A stretch of 62,000 bases of DNA from Octopus vulgaris (GCA_951406725.2 OX597823.1:26060001-26122000); one strand, 5' to 3'; positions 38,014 to 51,840 are shown, numbered from the stretch's first letter. Notes: generated by a model from the letters alone, not told the origin. A program made the numbers and translations.

Positions 38014-41000
38014 ACTTGGTCTACTGTACTACTGTACAATACTCCTACCTTTTTATAAATAGCCATAGTTCCTACAGCAAACTTGACCCTCATCTTTAAT
38101 CCAGGACAACTTTCCAGTCTTATCATAATCTCTTCAAAAATTATTCAGATCTTAATCCGCTACATACTAAGCTATCTCTACTATATTTTCACTAAAACTT
38201 TACGATAAAACACACAACAATCTATTTCCTATACCACATACACATCTATCATAGCTGGAAAATTTCCTTAAAATAAAGCAAAAATCCCACTTTCCTTAAA
38301 GAAAACGAAGAAACTCACTTTCAATTTTTTTCTTAAATTCTTACTAAATAATGTTTTCTAATTGTTAGGGGTCTTCGTAATACAATTGAAAATTTTGCCT
38401 CCTGTTGGTGACTAAAGGGAGAATAGTGTTTAAGGCAACCAAATGGTCTGCTGTAGCCATCGTCTTCAAACAACCCAAGTATACATGAGTTGCCTCCCAT
38501 AATTACAAACCTCATCTTACCTTTGCCAAATTTTTTCCATAACAACGTCATATTTTCAAAATGAAACCAGACGTAAGTTCTAGTTCTTCAGACAAAAAAC
38601 CTGAAATATGGACAAGTTAGAATGTTAGCCATACATTGACATGACACGAAAACCCTACATCTTAAAATTTTTAATAATGAAAGTTACAATTTAGTAATTC
38701 TCATTTCAAATGTATCAAAAATGTTTGAGATGTTTATGAATAAAAATTTTTTGTTTGGATCATTATGATTCGCAGATCTTTCTTAGCTTCAACTAAAACA
38801 GGTTCTGAAAATTCAGCATTAGTTGTAACAGTGAATAACATTTTGGTAGGGGTGAGTGGGGGAAAATGAGTAACTTCTTTGACAGGAATCTTGGCAGGCA
38901 GGAGCTTGCACCAGATTTCAGTGTCTATTTTTGGCACGGTTTTTATAGCTAGATGCCCTTCCTAACACCAACAACCCAGCAGAGTGGACATAAGTTTTCT
39001 AATGTAGTGAGTATTTGTAAAAAAAAATATTTTGTCTCAAAGTGAAAAATGCAGTAAAAACACCCCATAGACTCCATATTAAATATCTCTATAGTATAGA
39101 GATATTTAAAAGAAAATATATAGCTCTAAATATAAGAAAATTTTTGATTGGGTGTGATAATGCGGTGGGGTGGGGTGGGGCTGGTGTTTCCACTAAAAGT
39201 CTTGGAGACTCTCTTTTAAATTTGGTCTCAACAGCTTGACAAGTGATGTGGAATGAAAAAAGCAAGAAACATCAATAAATTTTTCAATAAGTAAATAAAC
39301 ATTTAAAGATATTTCTATATTTAATTACAATATATGAAGTGAGATTAATGTGTGGAATATTATTTTGAGATTTATTTTCAAGTTTGAGCCCATATTTATC
39401 TGCAATTATCTCGTACTTTTATGAATAGATATTGTTTCCTTGCATATAAGCAGTAATTATATGGTTTTGATAAATATTGGTTTTTAAACATAGTCTCTAT
39501 AATTCGTTTTTAATGGTAGAACTTGCAATAGATAAAGCTATAAATGATAGCGTGTAAACATTGAGTTAAAAGCCCCTTTTCATAAAAGAAGTCAAAGGCT
39601 ACTCAAACTCACATCTGTCAGCATAAGTCTTGGATCTTTACTTTTTGACCTACAGATTTAAAAAAACATTTTTTGTAAATAAACACTTTCAAACTTCGGA
39701 CACTGGTAGAATGTGTCATATAAAATATCTTTTACCTTAGCATTTTTGAGAAAAACTTATATTTACGAAATAATTTCATGTTAAAGTAGTCCTAGGATCT
39801 TTATATTTTAAGGGGGAACAGAGTAAATAGGAAGTTGTGACGTTTATTCTTTTCTCTAGGAAATTAAATTGGTGGCACGATATGTGAAATAGCCAATAAA
39901 ACAGAGTTCAAGGAATTTGACCCAAAACGTCAGCACTTTTCTCTACCTCTTCCTCATGGAATAGGAGTTTATCTAAATTTAAGAACGTCATTAACATAAC
40001 TCGATAAATTCAATGAGAAAGCCTGTAATGAGTTGCTCAACCTGCTAAAAAAAGTAGTCGAATCTTAACCTACTACTTTAAAAAGAGACACATTACATAA
40101 GTCACTCCTAGATACACAATGTCTGAAAAGATGGAATGGTCACGGTTAGAGCTCATTGATATATGAGGTTTGCATGATCAAGACTGATTAAGAATTACAC
40201 AAGAGAATCTTTACACGGTCGCTTGACCTGCTAGAAATAGTGTCAAAATCTTCTATTATATTCTACAATTTTAAATAAAAGGAAAGACACAAGATAATGA
40301 AGACCAGGATACAATGTTCGAATAAAAAGATGGGATGATCATGGTTGTGTCTTTGACAATATATTGCCATGGAGTTGAAAAACATCTGATAGGGAACTCA
40401 ATTCAAAGAAGTTCACCTCGTTTCGATATCTGAATATTATTTCCAAGCAAAAGAAAGAAATTCCACAGATCTACAAGTCAAACGTCAAATAAATTATGGT
40501 ACTATGAAACATAAGATTTTCAGTTGTCAAACAGTTACCAGGAAAAACTGATAAAGGATTAGACCATTATAATGATAATAATTAGTGGAAATTGTAAAGT
40601 CTAAACATGAGAACGTAATTTTATTGTTCTTTAACAACAATAAAATTACGGAAAGGGAAGTAACTCTTGGACTCGTATGTTTAATTTCTTTTGCTGGTAC
40701 AGGTCCATTTCTGTCTGTCTTTCAGTGTCTTTGTCTGTCTGTCTGTCTGTCTCTTTCTCTCTCTCTCTCTTCCTCCGCACGCGCACGTGTGGTTATGTGG
40801 TAAGAATCTTGCTTCCCAACTACATGGTTCCAAGTTCAGTCCCACTGCGTGGAATCTTGTGCAAGTGTCTTATACCACAGCCCCAGAATGACCAAAGCCT
40901 TTTGGTCATTCTGCAGAAGACACTTGCCCAAGGTGCTATGTGGTGCGATTGAACCTGGAACCATGTGGTTGGGAAACAAACTTCTCATCACACAGCCACG

Positions 41001-41273
41001 AAATTCTTGGACAATGAGTCACTCTGTTACTTCTACTAAATATTAATAATAATAATAATATATATATATATATCATCATCATCATCATCATCATCATCAT
41101 GTAAAGTCTGCCTTCCATGCTGGCATGATTGGGACGGTTTGACAAGAGACTTCTGTGACTGTTTTGGCAGCATTTTTACAGCTGGATGCCCTTCCTTATG
41201 CCAACCACTTTACAATGTGGACTGGATGCTTTTTAAGTAACACCTGCACTGACAGGGTTACCATATATATATA

Positions 41274-41327
<54 letters not shown>

Positions 41328-41336
41328 AAGGGAAAG

Positions 41337-41985
41337 ATGGCTAAAAGGGAAAGATGGCTGCTTATAAATGCCAAAACCTTCCCTGGCGAAGAATGTACCC
41401 CACAACATAGACTGGTAGTTAGTGACTTCAGGATCAGGGCTAAATGGATGCCCAGAAGACGACCAGCAAGGAGAAGAAGGGTCTGGAGACTTAAAGATCC
41501 GGCAAACAGACAGAGATTTAGAGGCATATTAACTGAAGCCTTTGACGAAAAAGTAGGGGATATAGCTTCACATGATATAGAAGACAACTGGAGGTTTCTA
41601 CAAGACAACCTGCTAAGAGCCACTGACCAGATCTGTGGTTGGTGCAAGGTCCCCTCTAGACCCAAAATAATGTGGTGGTCGAACAATGTTGTTGACATGG
41701 CTATTAGAGAAAAGAAACAAGCTTGGAAGGACTGGAAGAACGGTGGTAGCAGGGAATTGTATCAGACTGCCAGAAGGGAAGCTAGGAGGCAGGTTTATTT
41801 AGCCAGAGGGAAAGCAGATAAAAAAAATTTGCCAATGTTCTGCGCCATGAGGACCAAAGACTTGAGGTATTTCGTGTTGCAAGACAGTGTGTGAGAGAGA
41901 ATTGTGATATTTTAGGAGAGAAATGTGTTCGCATGGATGATGGCTCACCTGCGCTGAATGAGGATGCAAAGAGAGAGGTTTAAGT
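41337..41985 (+). mobile_element. RTE LINE internal fragment (endonuclease end / linker)
   Basis: KTFPGEECTPQHRLVVSDF..WRLKD..WW.N.V..AIREKKQAWKDWK. Confidence 0.9.
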
Positions 41986-42170
41986 GATGGTGGTGGTGGG
42001 GTAAACACAGATACTGAGATACACTTACCTCCTCACACACACACATAAACACACACACACATATAGGACAGGCTTCTTTAAATTTCCTTCTTTACGTTTT
42101 ATATATAAATATAAAATTATTGCACACACACATATATAACATCATGATTATATACATATATACACACACA

Positions 42171-43445
42171 TTGTGTCATCCCATAAATAATGCAGTTTTT
42201 CAATTGCATGAACTAAAAGTCAAAGGGGGATAGGATTAACTACCTGCATCAACTTGCTATAAAAGCAGGTAGTAATTTTACCTTGTATATATTCTTAGTG
42301 TAAGTTTTGAAGAATGCTGTTCGATTTTAACAGTTATTTTTTTCAAAGTTATAATGGAAGTGACAAAGGAGCATATTCAGCATATTTTGCTTTATGAGCT
42401 CAATAAAGGCAACAACACAACGGAAAGTGCGCAGAATATTAATGCAATATATGGGGATCAAACAATAAGTGTAAGCCAGTTTCAACGGTGGCTCCAGAAA
42501 TTCCAATCCAGAGAATACAGCCAAGAAGATGAGCCTCATCCTAGAAAATATATAGAGCTTGATGAGGACATCCTGAAAATGCTGGCAGAACAAAATCCCA
42601 TTGCAAGTGTTGTAGAACTAGCAGAAAAGCTTGGATTTGGTCATTCAACCATTCATCGGCACCTGCGGGCCATCAGAAAAGTTGGCAAATTGGGTCAATG
42701 GGTTCCTCACAAAATTTCCAAGTCTAATCACGTGCAGAGTGTGATTGTGTGCTCTTGTTTGCTCTCACACCTCATGAATGAACCTTTTTTGGACTGAACA
42801 GTGACTGGTGATGAGAAATGGGTTTTCATTAAAAATGTCAAACACCAAAGGCAGTGTGTAGGTAAAGGAGAATCATTGGCAGCCCAGGCTAAAGAAGGTC
42901 TTCATCCACATAAGGTGTTGCTATCTGTTTGGTGGGATATGAAAGGTTTAGTCCACTTTGAACTTGTAAACCCAAACTAAATGATAAGAAAGGAAATCTA
43001 CTGTGAGCAGCTTAAGTCAGCACTAGAAGAAAAACAACCATCTTTGGTTTCAAGACAAAAGGTGTTCTTCCATCAGGATAATGCTCGGCTACATACAGTG
43101 AGGAGGATATTCCAAAGGCTGAAGCAGTTTGAATGGGAAACGATGCCCCATCCACCATATTCACCGGACATTGCCCCATCTGATTATCATTTATTCTGCA
43201 GTCTTCAAAATCATTTGGCCAAAAAAAGTATGAATTCTGGAGACAAGGTCAGAACAGTACTGGAGGAATATTTTTCGTGACTGACAAGTGAATTTTGGAA
43301 GAGGGGCCTTGAAAATCTACCAGATAGATGGAAGAGCATTGTAGAAAATGAAGGAGAGTATATTTTAAATTTAGAAAGAACTTTGGTTATCTTAATTATG
43401 AAAAATAAAAGAAGTATAAAAAAACTGCATTATTTATGGGATGAC

Positions 43446-43449
<4 letters not shown>
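42171..43449 (+). mobile_element. Full-length (1279 bp) mariner DD34D element; transposase 42354-about 43370 with in-frame stops
   Basis: TIR TTG(T/G)GTCATCCCATAAATAATGCAGTTTTT; WVPH, VTGDEKW, HQDNAR, HPPYSPDIAPSDYHLF motifs all in one frame. Confidence 0.95.
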
Positions 43450-43512
<63 letters not shown>

Positions 43513-43603
43513 GTATATATGTATGTATATATATATATATATATGTATGTATGTGTGAATATATATATAAATATATGCATACATACATATATATGTGTGT
43601 GTG

Positions 43604-43720
43604 GAGGCACATGACCTAGTGGTTAGAGCAGCGGACTCGTGGTTGAGGGATCGCGGGTTCGAATCTCAGACTGGGCGATGTGTGTGTTTATGAGCGAAAC
43701 ATCAAGCTCCACATGGCTCA
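43604..43720 (+). mobile_element. tRNA-derived SINE head (second family)
   Basis: TGACCTAGTGGTTAG A box and GGTTCGAATC B box, no closed acceptor stem, continues into SINE body. Confidence 0.75.
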
Positions 43721-45044
43721 AGAAGGCACAAACAATATATATATACATCAGTCTATGTCTGCTTTCCACACTGGCATGAGCTGGACAGGTTATCAGCAAG
43801 TCAGTTTCTGTTCAGGTTTATTGCTGCAGATAGAGATTTAGCAGGTAAGAAATAGGAAAAAGACTCAGATACAGATATGTATTACATATCCCATCACTAC
43901 CATCACCATCTATATTTTATCATACATTTCACTGTGCTTACACAAATGGTTGGGACTTCTCCAGTTCAGCAGGTTACCAATCCTCATGGCCATTCGTATG
44001 CTTCTTTATGAGACACAGCATCTTCAGATAAGTCTTAACTTCTTTGTCCCAAGTTTTCCTCACTCTCTCTCATCCACACAAGCTTCAATCACTTTGAGTA
44101 TGCACACTTCTGGGTACAGCTACCAACCTCCATATTCATCAGTCTTCTCTTGCATACATCTTATTCCTCTTAAATTCAGTTTTTATCTCACTCATTTGTA
44201 GACTGTCATTCATGTACATTAATATTACATATCCTGTAGAATATGCTATCTTTGTTTCTTTCAAGTCTTTGCAAATCATCTGCAGTCAATGTTTATGGCT
44301 AATCATACTTCATATGCAAGCTTTATACTGTTTAGGTTGTTGGGTTATTTTTCTCAATAGACCTCGCCTGTTTCACATGCAATAATAGTAGACACCATTC
44401 ACTTGGTCCCAAATGAGTACAAAATGAATACTCGCCCCTCTCTCCCAATATATCTCAAGCAGTCTTGACTGAAAGCTTTACTATACCTATATAATCTATT
44501 CCTAACATATAGAACCACCTCACTGCAGTGGCATTATTAGACTAATAGTATGTGGACACTGTTCTTAATTGCTGACTTGGAAGTTCTCCAGAAGAAAGAT
44601 AAAGATATTATAATTGTCTCTTCAAGACAAAATGAACAGCTTCAGTACAGACAAAGTTTATCATCGATAGAAAGCAAAGTTGAAAGCTCCACCAAAGAAT
44701 AACAGTGAGTGCATGGAACACCTAACAGTGAATGAGGAAACTGCTCGACTCATTGACTGGGTCTGCTATTGATCCAACTGCTACTGATCAACTTGATAAG
44801 CTGCAGAAAGATAATTTTCTATGAAGAACAATTAGACATGCTCAGTCTACTGTAACACCAACGAATGATGGCAACATGGGTGTAGATATAGCTGCGTGTT
44901 TAAAAGGTTTATCTTACCTAACCATGTTTTTGTGTTTGATTTCATTGTGCAGCAGCATTTTGATCTTATGAGTTGATCTTATGAGTGGGATTTGGCAGAT
45001 GGAAACAGTGTTGAATCCCATTGTGTATGTGTGTGCACACATGC

Positions 45045-45047
<3 letters not shown>

Positions 45048-45077
<30 letters not shown>

Positions 45078-45143
45078 TGTATGTATGTATGTATGTATGT
45101 ATGTATGTATGTATGTATGTATGTATGCATGTATGTATGTATG
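45048..45143. repeat. (TATG)n microsatellite; many other (TA)n, (CA)n, (AAT)n tracts occur across the window
   Basis: Direct reading. Confidence 0.95.
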
Positions 45144-45144
45144 T

Positions 45145-45720
45145 ACAATTTCATCAAAGATGTCTCAGACACATTCTGAATGTTGGCTGGACCTTAAAAA
45201 CTCCAGACACACATGACCTGAGGACAGCTGATATCTTGAGTATTGAGGTGATGGTGCACAAGCACTGGTTATGTTAGACTGGACACCTTAGAATGAAGGA
45301 TAGCAGGATCCCTAAGCAGATGCTATATGAGGAACTTCTTAATGAAATGTGACCATGGCAGAAACCAAGGCTGCAATTTAAGGATTGTGTCAAGTCCTCA
45401 TTAAAGGTCTGTGATATGCAGGAGACTGACTGGGAGAGCAATGCCTGTCATCACCACAGATGGAGGAAGCAGGTTAAGAAGGGGGTCAACACTTTTGAAA
45501 GAGCACGTATTCTGCATGAAGAACTTAAGTGTGCTGCCGAAATGTTGGGTTAACAACAAACAAGATGACAAATATCTGTCAAATGTAAATAATGTAAATA
45601 ATATCCTTTGACATGTCCAGCATAGAAAGACCTACTAGGAGCTTGCTGACATGGTTCTCAGGGTCATTGACATACACAAGCCATCATACTGCAGCAAAGA
45701 CTAGACCTTGTAGAGGTCAG
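45145..45720 (+). mobile_element. RTE (BovB-like) LINE 3' fragment
   Basis: FHQRCLRHIL, RMKDSRIPKQMLY.EL, KPRLQFKDCVKSSLK. Confidence 0.85.
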
Positions 45721-47697
45721 CTTATACTTACTGCTACTCTATTCCAATTCTTTTTTTTTTATCCATTTAGCACTGGATTCACTAGTGATGAGTGACAACA
45801 ATGGAGAAAAATAGAGGACACTACTGGAAATCCACAACTGTGATTCTTCTCAGTGACAAGATGACAAGATTCAAATGATAGCATGAAAAGAAAAAATTAA
45901 TTAATGAGTATTTATCCAGTCCATGCTCTTTGTTGGTGACAAAACAGTTTTTTTTTTCAGACATGGCATTGCTATCCTTGAACAATGAAGGGGTGGTAAA
46001 AAAAGTTTTAAAAGTATTCATGTTCTGGCTTGCTAGGTTAATGCATTTAATTATAGCAGTTGAAACAATAAAATGATTTTAAGAGAGCTGTCAAGAGAAA
46101 ACTGAATATTAAATCATGGAAGGCACAACTCTTCAGGGTGATGCTCCTTGTTTTTAGAGAGGGAGAGGGCTTTCTTCTTACAAATAAATTGATGTTGTTG
46201 TTCTTAGTGAAACTGATTTTTCTGGGGGTAAGTCAACTAGAAAAAAATAGGAGGTGGCACTTTTTATTGGATAAGCAAAGAAAGAAATTGGAATTAGGTT
46301 ATCTAGTTTTGGGTTTGTAAGGAAAACTACTATTGCTAAACAACTATGATAACTACCTCAAGGTCAAAGAGGTTGCATTATGCCATTAAAAGTGGATCTT
46401 AAGGAGAGGAACTCAGCATTTTTAATAAGCTGCCATGCTATGACAATGACTTGTAATAAATACAACAAAAATACTTTTTTATGATAGCTTACAGTCCTAC
46501 ATCTCAAAAATCCCTTGTAATGATTATGTCCAACCATTTGGTGTCAGAGTAGTTTCTGATTCTGATAGTTGGTTTGGTACAAATTGGTATTCACTTCCCA
46601 TCAAGCCTTACCAAAGGAGAGTGTGACCTTTGAACCTTTGAACAAATTGGTATTCACTTCGCTGCCAAAGTAGTATTTTTGTTCTGGGCCACAAGGTTTG
46701 TTCAAGTTAGGACAAGCCACTTTGGTATGTCTATTCGGCTTGTGTCTGAATGGGTGACCCAACTAAAGTCGATCAGTCTTTGACCTGTGTCCAAGTAGCA
46801 TTCAGCTGACCCCACTGGTCATCTATTTTTAGCTAGAGCTATCAAGATGCTTTCTCTTCAGCCTCTACATTAATTTTTGATGGGTCTTCCTCTGGTCACT
46901 CCTTTGATACCCATGGCTCCACAGGCCTTACCAAAGGAGAGACTGAACTTTGAACCTTCTACTCCCTGTCTCCATTGACATGCATCTGCTCCTGCACCTG
47001 TTTCTGCAATTCCTGATACTTTGCTCACTACCTCACTTGCTCTGTTCACCTCAAGGCATAGTTAGTTCCAGCAAAATGAGCTGTCTTGAGGCATCTGAAA
47101 CCAAGACAATGTCCGATCTCAACAAGGACGATGTGATTAAGAGATGACTTTTAAGCTGTCCCTCTAGACCAAGTGTCAACTCCCAGTCAAGTGCTCTAGG
47201 AAACAAACAATTACAGCTAGGTCTTTTCCTTTGGTCATTTTCTCATCTCAACAGAAATTATTCCTCTAGCTGTAGTGTGGATGTAACTTTAATTGAATCT
47301 CTTTGATCTTTAATGTCTTCTGTTGTTCTTTAAAAAAATTGTTTTATAGAATTTAATAAAAATTAGATTTTCTTCTTTTTTGGGTTTTTAAGCATTAAAA
47401 CTGGCAAAGTATGTCCATTACAAAAGCTGTGCAACTTAATTTAAACTTCCCAAACTCAATCTGATTCTAACAGTTCTTTTGGTAATTGAATTTTGCATCC
47501 AACCAAAATAGAAGCCTCTGTATAGTTGTTTGATGTGCTAGAAATAGCAACTGAATTTCTTTAAATAACTCCCTACTGCCTTAAAACAGGAAGGATATTT
47601 TAGCCAGCATAATCCTAGGTATACAAAAAGTTGGGTTAACCAGAGCTGGAGCATCTTTGACTATAGATCTGCTTGATCAAGATTGACTTGGAACTAA

Positions 47698-47753
47698 ACA
47701 AGAAGAAGAAGAAGAAGAAGAAGAAGAAGAAGAAGAAGAAGAAGAAGAAGAAG

Positions 47754-47785
<32 letters not shown>

Positions 47786-47843
47786 CGACGACGACGACGA
47801 CGACGACGACAACAACAATAACAACAACAACAACAGCAACAAC
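47698..47843. repeat. Compound trinucleotide array (AAG)n(AAC)n(GAC)n(AAC)n
   Basis: Direct reading; forms the tail of a GAAA-hairpin repeat copy starting near 47515. Confidence 0.95.
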
Positions 47844-48069
47844 CAAAAGAGGCATCACATTTCTATTCAGTAATCTCATCATTTCTGCATCACTCTAAAG
47901 TTTAACCATGACACACAATGAAGTAATGCTCTCATATCTGGAATGGTACTGCTGCTACAGCACATATAGACATGCTAGACTGCACCCCCTCCCACCCCCA
48001 ATGCCACCAGACAAATTGACCAGAAGTCATTCTCCAACACACTCCAATCTCTGTCCCTCAGGATTATGT

Positions 48070-48320
48070 GAGCATTGTTCGAAATGATTGTTCGAAATCA
48101 ATTATTCGAAAACAATTATTCGAAAAACATTTATTCGAATGGACAATTATATTAATGAAAATTATTCAAAAGGACAATTATATGAAATGTTAATTATTCT
48201 AATTTTTTTTTATATAAATAAAAATGATAAAATTAAGAATCAAGTACACAAATGAAATTTATTTCAAATAACTGTTTTTTGAATAATTGTTTTCAAACAA
48301 TTGTTTTCGAACAATTTTCA
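48070..48320. mobile_element. MITE-like element with tandem 13-14-bp subterminal units in inverted orientation
   Basis: Left (CAATTATTCGAAAA)-like array, right (TTTTCGAACAATTG)-like array; no clear TSD. Confidence 0.5.
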
Positions 48321-49599
48321 TGATACGGTTCCACAGACATTTTGTCTTCTCTCTCAACCTTTTCTACTCTTACTACAATGGCCCTCTGCTTTTTGGACTT
48401 GATTTATCTCACACCAAGTCCAGTCCGGCTCCCTTGTCTTTCCTTCTGTCATCACTCATATTGTATCTACTTCCTACTCCTGCACCAACCATTTCCCCCA
48501 ATTATTTCTCCCCAAAACATTATCTCTCTGGAATCTCCTCCCTGTTCATGTTTTTCCTTCATATGTTGACTTACAACTGTTAGAAGTGGAACATCAACTA
48601 TGTTAATCTGACTAGTTTCAAATGCCTTTGAAAGCTTCATGTGTACAATCCCACTTCCCAAACAAATAACAAAAATTAAAAAATACATAACACAATAAAT
48701 GATGGATCTACCTTGTGAGTTTAAGTCTTGTTTGTGTTTTCATAATGAAAGTGTTAGCTGTTTCTGTCATGTTTTTTGGCTCCAAGCAGTCTTGATCCAA
48801 CAGTCATATGGTCAAATGTATTATAGTCATAGCCACCCTATATTATTTCCCTGGCATAGTCTATCTAGGACTACATTATCTAATGTGTTCCTCTGTTCCA
48901 TTTTTCTTTCTTTTTTTTTTTATTTTTACATTACTTTGAGAAGGAAGGGTAAAATTCTGTGACTCTTTTCAGGCCCTTAAAGTCTAGTGTAGTAGTATTG
49001 ACTCCCAAACCTTGTTGCTGTGAATTGAACCACACAGTTATGCTTATGCCTAAGGATATGATTTTTAAGAATATTCGGTGGCTAAATCTAACATATTGAA
49101 CAGATTGAATTATGATGTAGTGGTTACTTCATTGAAATCGCAAGTGAAGTGCCTATATATCAAAATTACTTTTGCTGGTGAACTCTGCCATGATAGAGTT
49201 TCTAGAAATTCCACTGTCTAGAACAATCCTTTAAGAGCAAAAGTGTTTGGTTTTATCAAGTTTCAAGTACTCTGTAGACAGTTGAGATATTTCAGTTATG
49301 CACTGCATTGCTTATGGTCAACAGCCCAATAACTGTTTAACTATCTAAGTTTCTGAAATGAGTTTGTTATTAATAAAATTATTATTGTTCTGATTATTAA
49401 ATCTTCTTTAGAGATGAAATACTTTTTTTCATATTTACATTTACTCCATGCACAACACTGCCATTGGCTTAATGTGGCTGCCTTTACTGAAAGGCAAAGA
49501 CAGCCATATTGAGGAGCTTATATTTACAATATGCATTTCACAGGAAATATTCTTTTATCAAGGGCAAGAAATAATCAGCTACATTGAATGCTATGCTCA

Positions 49600-50244
49600 T
49601 GCGATGGGGAGGAAATTTTAAAACTAGATGATGTCTTTTCTCAGTTCTGCTGTTTTGTTGGGGTTAGCTCCACGTGTTCTAATTCTTCTTTGATGCAACT
49701 TCTTATAAACGAGTCACTGTAGTGGAGTGTGGCCCAATTGAATATGTCCCTGCTGGGGGATAGGGTGGATATGTTCCTACTTATATTACCTTACAAAATC
49801 TTTTTTATGATTGTAGAGGGTGCTGGTTGGAGTTTTTCTTTATATAAACTGTCTTTATTTGGTTTTCTGTAGTTGTGCTTACCTGTGGTAAGATCTAATG
49901 TCATGGATAAAGCATTGATGATTAATGCAGAGAACTATTTTAAAATCAAATTTCTCAACTATGTCACATCTTTCCAAAATTTGTCAATACTACAACTAAT
50001 TTTGTGGAGGGAGACTATTAACTTGTCAACTTTATATTATCATATATTGGGTGGGGGTTTATTCTTTCCTTAATGGAGAAGAACAACTAGTTTGTATACT
50101 TCAAATCTACTCAAAGTTCCTTGTTTTGCCTTTTATCTCTGAATGAGCCATAGACACACCAAAAAGTTCCTTGATTTGTTTTTTAACTCCAAAAGAATCC
50201 CCATAAGGTAAGAATAACTGCCTACTATTCATTACATTAGTCTT

Positions 50245-50295
<51 letters not shown>

Positions 50296-51570
50296 GCTTT
50301 TAAAGAATTCTAAGACTTTTTTGGAGATGCAATTTAGAAATGTATCTGTAAATGTAAGAGCCCTTGCTTGATGACAGACACATCATGGTACACAGAGCTG
50401 ATCAGGTCCACCACTGCAGTCGAGTTTTTTCTGGTTAGTGTTATAATGAGTCGAGGGTTTTTCTAAATAAGTTGTTGGTCCTCCACAGAATAAGGGCTAC
50501 CATCTTAGTTGGTCCTCCACAAAATAGGGGCTGCCATCTTAGTTGGTCCTCCACGGAATAGGGGCTGTGATGAGCTGACATACCACAGGTCACCATTAGT
50601 CTGGAACCTCCCCAGGAGACTGGCCCACCTAGGGTGGCTATACCAGCAGTGAAGCTCCAGGTAGTAATGCTCTTTCAAGTCTATGGAATATATCCAATGG
50701 ATATGCTATGCTGATTGAAAAGGCTCTGAGGGCGTTTGGTGTGGTCTCTAAGTCTACAGAGTGTTTTTGTTTTGAACTACTTAATTATGGCATTGCTCTC
50801 TTCCCTTTTAATAATTCTCTGGTGCTTTTAATTTTTAGGCTAATGGAATTAAAGATATATTTCCTCAATGTCTTGTGTTTTTTTGTTTTTTTTTATGGGG
50901 TGCAGTTGTTAATTTATATTTGGGATTGGACACAAAGGCATCTTTCTAGATCCTATATTTTTCAAAAAGCAGCATTCCTGAATCTGGTGCCTTTATAAAG
51001 TGAAGAAATTTGAATTCAAATCTTGAGCTGAAATATTATAACATGAATATAGCATTTCAAATTTCTACTTATCATATTAGTTCTTTCGATAAGCCTCTCC
51101 TAACTCTTAATTATTCTAACAATTAATACACAGAATCTGAATGTATTCGTGTTGCAAATCTGGTCATAAAAGGTTTACAGTAATATGTAACTTGTACATG
51201 ACAAGGCAATCCAGCTTGTCATCTATTTTTAATTTTAGGCTAATGAATTTGCTTCAAAGTTGATTATATTATCCTTTTGTAAATTTAAGTAATGTTGCCT
51301 GACAGGAGTTTGGAGTGTGTTGTGCTATCAGCACTATTCAGATTATTATTTTTTTTTTGTTGTTTTTCTGGTAATCATGTGAATGTTGCAGGTGTCTCTG
51401 ATGGATATGATGTGCTTATTGAGAAGGCTCTGGAGGCTATTGGTATGGTCTCTAAATCTTAAATATTTTATCAGGTTCATTAGGTTGGTCTTAAAGTTTT
51501 CAAGATCATCTGCCTTTAGGGTTCTGAATCTAAACTTATTACCTGAAGGTGATTGGTGATAGTTTTTCAG
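49600..51570 (-). mobile_element. Fragmented Penelope-like element RT region with internal duplication
   Basis: FKTNLMNLIKYLRFR..NSLQ (N-terminal), SKLLSGNIT, FGVSM, TLDLTTGK..YRKPN, PSTIIKKI..NISRNISTLS..DIF; heavily degenerate. Confidence 0.7.
50474..50566. repeat. 34-bp minisatellite, about 2.7 copies
   Basis: GTTGGTCCTCCAC.GAATA.GGGCT.CCATCTTA starting at 50474, 50508 and 50542. Confidence 0.85.
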
Positions 51571-51644
51571 AATAGGTGTGAGTGTGTGTATATATATACA
51601 CACACATACACACACACACACATGCACACACAAAAATTTTAGCA

Positions 51645-51840
51645 CAAGGCCAGTAATTTCAGGGGAGGAGGCAAGTCAATTACATTGACCCAAGTGATAA
51701 ACTGGTACATATTTTATCGGCCCCAAAAGGATAAAAGGCAAAGTTGACCTCAGTGGAATGTGAACTCAGAAACGTAAAGACAGACAAAATGCCACTAAGC
51801 ATTTCATCTGGTATGCTAACGATTCTGTCAGCTTGTTGCT
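51645..51840 (-). mobile_element. tRNA-derived SINE (third family) with conserved central GCCTTT.ATCCTTT.GGGG.CGATAAAAT domain
   Basis: Related fragments at about 2340-2600, 13975-14090, 15240-15330, 32300-32500, 33230-33350. Confidence 0.7.

Noticed and set aside
47636-47882. ORFs with poly-K/N/D or poly-L/V, and the many YIYI/CVCV ORFs
   Set aside because: Translations of microsatellites.
49455-49520. Hairpin TGCCTTT-ACTG-AAAGGCA resembling a snoRNA or SECIS element
   Set aside because: No H/ACA, C/D or SECIS core motifs in the right positions.
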